This document shows positions 1 to 8,750 of a DNA stretch of 19,558 nt, one piece after another. The stretch comes from Utricularia gibba (lineage: Eukaryota > Plantae > Magnoliophyta), in NCBI GenBank assembly GCA_002189035.1, contig NEEC01000396.1, positions 1-19,558 on the forward strand. The letters run 5' to 3'. The notes beneath the pieces are model-generated. The model was not told where the DNA came from. It saw nothing but the letters and a program-made list of their open reading frames with translations, and made no database searches. Numbering within the stretch: position 1 is the first letter of the stretch; the number at the start of each line of letters is the position of its first letter. The position numbers and the translations under genes were made by a program.

Positions 1-3000
1 AACGACATCACCCGCCAAAAACGACAAGCTTTTCCTTGAGAAACCATTGAGGCGGCCTATTAAAACCAATCGTTAATAAATGCATCAAGTTTTTTGCCGA
101 GCTACAAATGACTATGGGTTCCGAGCTCGACTCGACCTCCTGCTCGACCGTTGCCCCACGAGAGTGCCTTATCAAAATATAAAGAATGCGATTGAGAAAA
201 CCATTTTGGGTGCTCATGACATCCTAACTTCAATAAATGCATTACGAATATCGTCGAGTAGGACCTGATGTGGCAAAGGAGTCTGACCGAACCTTGGGTC
301 TGAACGAAGTTCCAACGACATCACCGCCGAAAAACGACAAGCTTTTCCTTGAGAAACCATGTAGGCAGCCTATTAAAACCCAACGTTAGTAAATGCATCA
401 CGTTTTTTGCGAGCTACAAATGAGTATGGGACCGAGCCCGACTCGACCTTTTGCCGATACCGTGCCCCACTAGAGCGCCTCCTCAAATACAAAGCATGCG
501 ATTGAGAAAACCATTTTGGGTGCTCATGAAATCCTAACTTCAATAACTGCATCACGATTTTCGTCGAGTAGGACCCGATGTGGCAAAGGAGACAGACCGA
601 ACCTTGGGTCAGAACGAAGTTCACAACGACATCACCGCCCAAAAACGACAAGCTTTTCCTTGAGAAACCATTGAGGCGCCTATTAAACCAACCGTTAATA
701 AATGCATCAAGTTTTTTTGCCGAGCTACAAATGACTATGGGCCCGAGCTCGACTCGACCTCCTGCTCGATACCGTTGCCCCACTAGAGCGCCTCCTCAAA
801 TATAAAGCATGCGGTTGAAAAAACCATTTTGGGTGCTCATGAATCCTAACTTCAATAAATGCATTACGATTATCGTCGAGTAGGACCTGATGTGGCAAAG
901 GAGTCTGACCGAACCTTGGGTCTGAACGAAGTTCCCAACGACATCACCGCCGAAAAACGACAAGCTTTTCCTTGAGAAACCATGTAGGCAGCCTATTAAA
1001 ACCCAACGTTAGTAAATGCATCACGTTTTTTGCGGAGCTACAAATGAGTATGGGACCGAGCCCGACTCGACCTTTTGCCCGATACCGTGCCCCACTAGAG
1101 CGCCTCCTCAAATACAAAGCATGCGATTGAGAAAACCATTTTGGGTGCTCATGAAATCCTAACTTCAATAACTGCATCACGATTTTCGTCGAGTAGGACC
1201 AGATTTGGCAAAGGAGACAGACCGAACCATGGGTCAGAACGAAGTTCACAACGACATCACTCGCCCAAAAACGACAAGCTTTTCCTTGAGAAACCATTGA
1301 GGCGGCCTATTAAAACCCAACCGTTAATAAATGCATCAAGTTTTTTGCCGAGCTACAAATGACTATGGGCCGAGCTCGACTCGACCTCCTGCTCGATACC
1401 GTTGCCCCACGAGAGTGCCTTATCAAATATAAAGCATGCGGTTGAGAAAACCATTTTGGGTGCTCATGATATCCTAACTTCAATAACTGCATCACGATTT
1501 TCGTCGAGTAGGACCGATGTGGCAAAGGAGTCAGACAGAACCTTGGGTCTGAACGAAGTTCCCAACGACATCACCGCCCAAAAACGACAAGCTTTTCCTT
1601 GAGAAACCATTGAGGCGGCCTATTAAAACCAACGTTAATAAATGCATCAAGTTTTTTTGCCGAGCTACAAATGACTATGGGCCGAGCTCGACTCGACCTG
1701 CTCGATACCGTTGCCCCACGAGAGTGCCTTATCAAATAAAAGCATGCGGTTGAGAAAACCATTTTGGGTGCTCATGAATCCTAACTTCAATAACTGCATC
1801 ACGATTTTCGTCGAGTAGGACCCGATGTGGCAAAGGAGTCAGACAGAACCTTGGGTCCGAACGAAGTTCACAACGACATCACCGCCCAAAAACGACAAGC
1901 TTTTCCTTGAGAAACCATTGAGGCGGCCTATTAAAACCAACCGTTAATAAATGCATCAAGTTTTTTGCCGAGCTACAAATGACTATGGGCCCGAGCTCGA
2001 CTCGACCTCCTGCTCGATACCGTTGCCCACGAGAGTGCCTTATCAAATATAAAGCATGCGGTTGAGAAAACCATTTTGGGTGCTCATGATATCCTAACTT
2101 CAATAACTGCATCACGATTTTCGTCGAGTAGGACCCGATGTGGCAAAGGAGTCAGACCGAACCTTGGGTCCGAACGAAGTTCACAACGACATCACCGCCC
2201 AAAAACGACAAGCTTTTCCTTGAGAAACCATTGAGGCGGCCTATTAAAACCAACCGTTAATAAATGCATCAAGTTTTTTGCCGAGCTACAAATGACTATG
2301 GGCCCGAGCTCGACTCGACCTCCTGCTCGATACCGTTGCCCCACGAGAGTGCCTTATCAAATATAAAGCATGCGGTTGAGAAAACCATTTTGGGTGCTCA
2401 TGATATCCTAACTTCAATAACTGCATCACGATTTTCGTCGAGTAGGACCGATGTGGCAAAGGAGTCAGACAGAACCTTGGGTCCGAACGAAGTTCACAAC
2501 GACATCACCGCCCAAAAACGACAAGCTTTTCCTTGAGAAAACCATTGAGGCGGCCTATTAAAACCAACGTTAATAAATGCATCAAGTTTTTTGCCGAGCT
2601 ACAAATGACTATGGGCCGAGCTCGACTCGACCTCCTGCTCGATACCGTTGCCCCACGAGAGTGCCTTATCAAATATAAAGCATGCGGTTGAGAAAACCAT
2701 TTTGGGTGCTCATGATATCCTAACTTCAATAACTGCATCACGATTTTCGTCGAGTAGGACCCGATGTGGCAAAGGAGTCAGACAGAACCTTGGGTCCGAA
2801 CGAAGTTCAAACGACATCACCGCCAAAAAAACGACAAGCTTTTCCTTGAGAAAACCATTGAGGCGGCCTATTAAAACCAACCGTTAATAAATGCATCAAG
2901 TTTTTTGCCGAGCTACAAATGACTATGGGCCCGAGCTCGACTCGACCTCCTGCTCGATACGTTGCCCACGAGAGTGCCTTATCAAATATAAAGCATGCGG

Positions 3001-3123
3001 TTGAGAAAACCATTTTGGGTGCTCATGATATCCTAACTTCAATAACTGCATCACGATTTTCGTCGAGTAGGACCCGATGTGGCAAAGGAGTCAGACAGAA
3101 CCTTGGGTCCGAACGAAGTTCCC
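1..3123 (+). repeat. Higher-order block 1: X-Y-Z-Y-W6 (10 monomers; leading V would lie upstream of the window)
   Basis: Manual classification of monomers starting at 1, 314, 625, 937, 1250, 1564, 1872, 2185, 2498 and 2810 by diagnostic alleles. Confidence 0.8.
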
Positions 3124-5001
3124 AACGACATCACCCGCCCAAAAACGACAAGCTTTTCCTTGAGAAACTATGTAGGCAGCCTAATAAAACCGAACGTTAA
3201 TAAATGCATCAATTTTTTTGCCGAGCTACAAATGACTATGGGCCCGAGCTCGACTCGACCTCCTGCTCGATACCGTTGCCCCACGAGAGCGCCTTATCAA
3301 ATATAAAGCATGCGGTTGAGAAAACCATTTTGGGTGCTCATGAATCCTAACTTCAATAACTGCATCACGATTTTCGTCGAGTAGGACCCGATGTGGCAAA
3401 GGAGTCAGACCGAACCTTGGGTCTGAACGAAGTTCACAACGACATCACCCGCCCAAAAACGACAAGCTTTTCCTTGAGAAACCCATTGAGGCGGCCTATT
3501 AAAACCAACGTTAATAAATGCATCAAGTTTTTTGCCGAGCTACAAATGACTATGGGCCCGAGCTCGACTCGACCTCCTGCTCGATACCGTTGCCCCACGA
3601 GAGTGCCTTATCAAATATAAAGCATGCGATTGAGAAAACCATTTTGGGTGCTCATGACATCCTAACTTCAATAAATGCATTACGATATCGTCGAGTAGGA
3701 CCTGATGTGGCAAAGGAGTCTGACCGAACCTTGGGTCTGAACGAAGTTCCCAACGACATCACCCGCCGAAAAACGACAAGCTTTTCCTTGAGAAACCATG
3801 TAGGCAGCCTATTAAAACCCAACGTTAGTAAATGCATCACGTTTTTTGCGGAGCTACAAATGAGTATGGGACCGAGCCCGACTCGACCTTTTGCCCGATA
3901 CCGTGCCCCACTAGAGCGCCTCCTCAAATATAAAGCATGCGATTGAGAAAACCATTTTGGGTGCTCATGAAATCCTAACTTCAATAACTGCATCACGATT
4001 TTCGTCGAGTAGGACCCGATTGGCAAAGGAGTCAGACCGAACCTTGGGTCAGAACGAAGTTCACAACGACATCACCGCCCAAAAACGACAAGCTTTTCCT
4101 TGAGAAAACCATTGAGGCGGCCTATTAAAAACCAACCGTTAATAAATGCATCAAGTTTTTTGCCGAGCTACAAATGACTATGGGCCCGAGCTCGACTCGA
4201 CCTCCTGCTCGATACCGTTGCCCCACTAGAGCGCCTCCTCAAATATAAAGCATGCGGTTGAGAAAACCATTTTGGGTGCTCATGACATCCTAACTTCAAT
4301 AACTGCATTACGATTTCGTCGAGTAGGACCCGATGTGGCAAAGGAGTCAGACAGAACCTTGGGTCTGAACGAAGTTCCCAACGACATCACCGCCGAAAAA
4401 CGACAAAGCTTTTCCTTGAGAAACCATGTAGGCAGCCTATTAAAACCATTAATAAATGCATCAAGTTTTTTGCCGAGCTACAAATGACTATGGGCCCGAG
4501 CTCGACTCGACCTCCTGCTCGATACCGTTGCCCCACGAGAGGCCTCCTCAAATATAAAGCATGCGGTTGAGAAAACCATTTTGGGCTCATGACATCCTAA
4601 CTTCAATAACTGCATCACGATTTTCGTCGAGTAGGACCTGATGTGGCAAAGGAGTCAGACAGAACCTTGGGTCCGAACGAAGTTCACAACGACATCACCG
4701 CCAAAAACGACAAGCTTTTCCTTGAGAAAACCATTGAGGCGGCCTATTAAAACCAACCGTTAATAAATGCATCAAGTTTTTTGCCGAGCTACAAATGACT
4801 ATGGGCCCGAGCTCGACTCGACCTCCTGCTCGATACCGTTGCCCCACGAGAGTGCCTTATCAAATATAAAGCATGCGGTTGAGAAAACCATTTTGGGTGC
4901 TCATGATATCCTAACTTCAATAACTGCATCACGATTTTCGTCGAGTAGGACCCGATGTGGCAAAGGAGTCAGACAGAACCTTGGGTCCGAACGAAGTTCA
5001 C

Positions 5002-5315
5002 AACGACATCACCGCCAAAAAACGACAAGCTTTTCCTTGAGAAACCATTGAGGCGGCCTATTAAAACCAACCGTTAATAAATGCATCAAGTTTTTTGCCG
5101 AGCTACAAATGACTATGGGCCCGAGCTCGACTCGACCTCCTGCTCGATACCGTTGCCCCACGAGAGTGCCTTATCAAATATAAAGCATGCGGTTGAGAAA
5201 ACCATTTTGGGTGCTCATGATATCCTAACTTCAATAACTGCATCACGATTTTCGTCGAGTAGGACCCGATGTGGCAAAGGAGTCAGACAGAACCTTGGGT
5301 CCGAACGAAGTTCCC
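5002..5315 (+). repeat. Representative major-class (W) monomer, 314 bp
   Basis: Diagnostic alleles: CCATTGAGGCGGCC, CACGAGAGTGCCTTATC, CATGCGGTTGAG, CATGATATCC, AATAACTGCATCACG, GTCAGACAGAAC. Hand count gives 147/314 G+C (about 47%). One HindIII site (AAGCTT, 5027-5032). Confidence 0.95.
5037..5192 (+). repeat. Subunit A (~156 bp) of the dimeric monomer (example copy)
   Basis: Starts TTGAGAAACCATT and contains AATAAATGCATCAAGTTTTTTGCCGAG, which aligns without gaps to the matching part of subunit B. Confidence 0.85.
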
Positions 5316-5351
5316 AACGACATCACCCGCCCAAAAACGACAAGCTTTTCC
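5193..5351 (+). repeat. Subunit B (~159 bp) of the dimeric monomer (example copy)
   Basis: Starts TTGAGAAAACCATT and contains AATAACTGCATCACGATTTTCGTCGAG. The next subunit-A start is at 5352. Confidence 0.85.
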
Positions 5352-8300
5352 TTGAGAAACCATGTAGGCAGCCTAATAAAACCAACGTTAATAAATGCAT
5401 CAATTTTTTTGCCGAGCTACAAATGACTATGGGCCCGAGCTCGACTCGACCTCCTGCTCGATACCGTTGCCCCACGAGAGCGCCTTATCAAATATAAAGC
5501 ATGCGGTTGAGAAAACCATTTTGGGTGCTCATGATATCCTAACTTCAATAACTGCATCACGATTTTCGTCGAGTAGGACCCGATGTGGCAAAGGAGTCAG
5601 ACCGAACCTTGGGTCTGAACGAAGTTCACAACGACATCACCCGCCCAAAAACGACAAGCTTTTCCTTGAGAAACCCATTGAGGCGGCCTATTAAAACCAA
5701 CGTTAATAAATGCATCAAGTTTTTTGCCGAGCTACAAATGACTATGGGCGAGCTCGACTCGACCTCCTGCTCGATACCGTTGCCCCACGAGAGTGCCTTA
5801 TCAAATATAAAGAATGCGATTGAGAAAACCATTTTGGGTGCTCATGACATCCTAACTTCAATAAATGCATTACGATATCGTCGAGTAGGACCTGATGTGG
5901 CAAAGGAGTCTGACCGAACCTTGGGTCTGAACGAAGTTCCCAACGACATCACCCGCCGAAAAACGACAAGCTTTTCCTTGAGAAACCATGTAGGCAGCCT
6001 ATTAAAACCCAACGTTAGTAAATGCATCACGTTTTTTGCGAGCTACAAATGAGTATGGGACCGAGCCCGACTCGACCTTTTGCCCGATACCGTGCCCCAC
6101 TAGAGCGCCTCCTCAAATACAAAGCATGCGATTGAGAAAACCATTTTGGGTGCTCATGAAATCCTAACTTCAATAACTGCATCACGATTTTCGTCGAGTA
6201 GGACCAGATTTGGCAAAGGAGACAGACCGAACCATGGGTCAGAACGAAGTTCACAACGACATCACTCGCCCAAAAACGACAAGCTTTTCCTTGAGAAAAC
6301 CATTGAGGCGGCCTATTAAAACCAACCGTTAATAAATGCATCAAGTTTTTTGCCGAGCTACAAATGACTATGGGCCCGAGCTCGACTCGACCTCCTGCTC
6401 GATACCGTTGCCCCACTAGAGCGCCTCCTCAAATAAAAGCATGCGGTTGAAAAAAACCATTTTGGGTGCTCATGACATCCTAACTTCAATAAATGCATTA
6501 CGATTATCGTCGAGTAGGACCTGATGTGGCAAAGGAGTCTGACCGAACCTTGGGTCTGAACGAAGTTCCAACGACATCACCCGCCGAAAAACGACAAGCT
6601 TTTCCTTTAGAAACCATGTAGGCAGCCTATTAAAACCCAACGTTAGTAAATGCATCACGTTTTTTGCGAGCTACAAATGAGTATGGGACCGAGCCCGACT
6701 CGACCTTTTGCCCGATACCGTTGCCCACTAGAGCGCCTCCTCAAATACAAAGCATGCGATTGAGAAAACCATTTTGGGTGCTCATGAAATCCTAACTTCA
6801 ATAACTGCATCACGATTTTCGTCGAGTAGGACCAGATTTGGCAAAGGAGACAGACCGAACCATGGGTCAGAACGAAGTTCACAACGACATCACTCGCCCA
6901 AAAACGACAAGCTTTTCCTTGAGAAAACCATTGAGGCGGCCTATTAAAACCAACCGTTAATAAATGCATCAAGTTTTTTGCCGAGCTACAAATGACTATG
7001 GGCCGAGCTCGACTCGACCTCCTGCTCGATACCGTTGCCCCACGAGAGTGCCTTATCAAATATAAAGCATGCGGTTTGAGAAAACCATTTTGGGTGCTCA
7101 TGATATCCTAACTTCAATAACTGCATCACGATTTTCGTCGAGTAGGACCCGATGTGGCAAAGGAGTCAGACAGAACCTTGGGTCCGAACGAAGTTCACAA
7201 CGACATCACTCGCCCAAAAACGACAAGCTTTTCCTTGAGAAAACCATTGAGGCGGCCTATTAAAACCAACCGTTAATAAATGCATCAAGTTTTTTGCCGA
7301 GCTACAAATGACTATGGGCCCGAGCTCGACTCGACCTCCTGCTCGATACCGTTGCCCCACGAGAGTGCCTTATCAATATAAAGCATGCGGTTGAGAAAAC
7401 CATTTTGGGTGCTCATGATATCCTAACTTCAATAACTGCATCACGATTTTCGTCGAGTAGGACCCGATGTGGCAAAGGAGTCAGACAGAACCTTGGGTCC
7501 GAACGAAGTTCCAACGACATCACCGCCCAAAAACGACAAGCTTTTCCTTGAGAAACCATTGAGGCGGCCTATTAAAACCAACCGTTAATAAATGCATCAA
7601 GTTTTTTGCCGAGCTACAAATGACTATGGCCCGAGCTCGACTCGACCTCCTGCTCGATACCGTTGCCCCACGAGAGTGCCTTATCAAATATAAAGCATGC
7701 GGTTGAGAAAACCATTTTGGGTGCTCATGATATCCTAACTTCAATAACTGCATCACGATTTTCGTCGAGTAGGACCGATGTGGCAAAGGAGTCAGACAGA
7801 ACCTTGGGTCTGAACGAAGTTCACAACGACATCACCGCCCAAAAACGACAAGCTTTTCCTTGAGAAAACCATTGAGGCGGCCTATTAAAACCAACCGTTA
7901 ATAAATGCATCAAGTTTTTTGCCGAGCTACAAATGACTATGGGCCCGAGCTCGACTCGACCTCCTGCTCGATACCGTTGCCCCACGAGAGTGCCTTATCA
8001 AATATAAAGCATGCGGTTGAGAAAACCATTTTGGGTGCTCATGATATCCTAACTTCAATAACTGCATCACGATTTTCGTCGAGTAGGACCCGATGTGGCA
8101 AAGGAGTCAGACAGAACCTTGGGTCCGAACGAAGTTCACAACGACATCACTCGCCCAAAAACGACAAGCTTTTCCTTGAGAACGGCCTATTAAAACCAAA
8201 CGTTAATAAATGCATCAAGTTTTTTGCCGAGCTACAAATGACTATGGGCCGAGCTCGACTCGACCTCCTGCTCGATACCGTTGCCCACGAGAGCTATCAA

Positions 8301-8750
8301 ATATAAAGCATGCGGTTGAGAAAATTTTGGGTGCTCATGATATCCTAACTTCAATAACTGCATCACGATTTTCGTCGAGTAGGACCCGATGTGGCAAAGG
8401 AGTCAGACAGAACCTTGGGTCCGAACGAAGTTCACAACGACATCACTCGCCAAAAAACGACAAGCTTTTCCTTGAGAAAACCATTGAGGCGGCCTATTAA
8501 AACCAACCGTTAATAAATGCATCAAGTTTTTTGCCGAGCTACAAATGACTATGGGCCCGAGCTCGACTCGACCTCCTGCTCGATACCGTTGCCCCACGAG
8601 AGTGCCTTATCAAATATAAAGCATGCGGTTGAGAAACCATTTTGGGTGCTCATGATATCCTAACTTCAATAACTGCATCACGATTTTCGTCGAGTAGGAC
8701 CCGATGTGGCAAAGGAGTCAGACCGAACCTTGGGTCCGAACGAAGTTCCC
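5316..8750 (+). repeat. Higher-order block 3: V-X-Y-Z-Y-W6 (11 monomers, ~3.43 kb)
   Basis: Monomers at 5316, 5630, 5942, 6255, 6570, 6883, 7199, 7513, 7825, 8140 and 8436. Same X-Y-Z-Y-W6 order as block 1. Confidence 0.8.
5942..6254 (+). repeat. Representative divergent-class (Y) monomer; 13 copies in the window
   Basis: Linked alleles: CATGTAGGCAGCC, GTTAGTAAAT, TCACGTTTT, GAGTATGGGACCGAGCCC, CCTTTTGCCCG, CACTAGAGCGCCTCCTCAAATAC, CATGAAATCC, GACCAGATTTGG, GAGACAGACC, GGGTCAGAAC. Copies start at 314, 937, 3752, 5942, 6570, 9054, 9986, 10915, 14005, 14941, 17426, 18362 and 19289. Confidence 0.92.

Larger units (their letters stand above)
3124..5315 (+). repeat. Higher-order block 2: V-X-Y-Z*-Z'*-W-W (7 monomers, shortened, with mosaic units)
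   Basis: Monomers at 3124 (V: ATGTAGGCAGCCTAAT, TCAATTTTTTTG, GAGCGCCTTAT), 3438 (X), 3752 (Y), 4065 and 4380 (mosaics), 4688 and 5002 (W). Confidence 0.75.

Noticed and set aside
5076-5081. AATAAA as a polyadenylation signal
   Set aside because: It is part of the repeat's conserved core in every unit, with no associated gene; any role in satellite transcription is unsupported here.
5027-5226. Apparent abundance of 6-bp palindromes (AAGCTT, ATGCAT, GGGCCC, GAGCTC, GCATGC, TCATGA, GATATC)
   Set aside because: About 7 per monomer against about 5 expected by chance (1/64 per position) is not a meaningful enrichment.
5247-5270. CENP-B box (TTCGnnnnAnnCGGG) near TTTTCGTCGAGTAGGACCCG
   Set aside because: TTCG is present, but the required A and CGGG are not at the right spacing; no match found on the other strand either.
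5002-5315. Identity with the ~312-bp pTS4.1 / ~158-bp pTS5 satellites of Patellifolia (Beta) procumbens, or with grass CentO/CentC
   Set aside because: Length coincidence only. I recall the pTS repeats as Sau3A satellites, and this monomer has no GATC. I see no convincing sequence match to the grass repeats from memory, so a BLAST search is needed.
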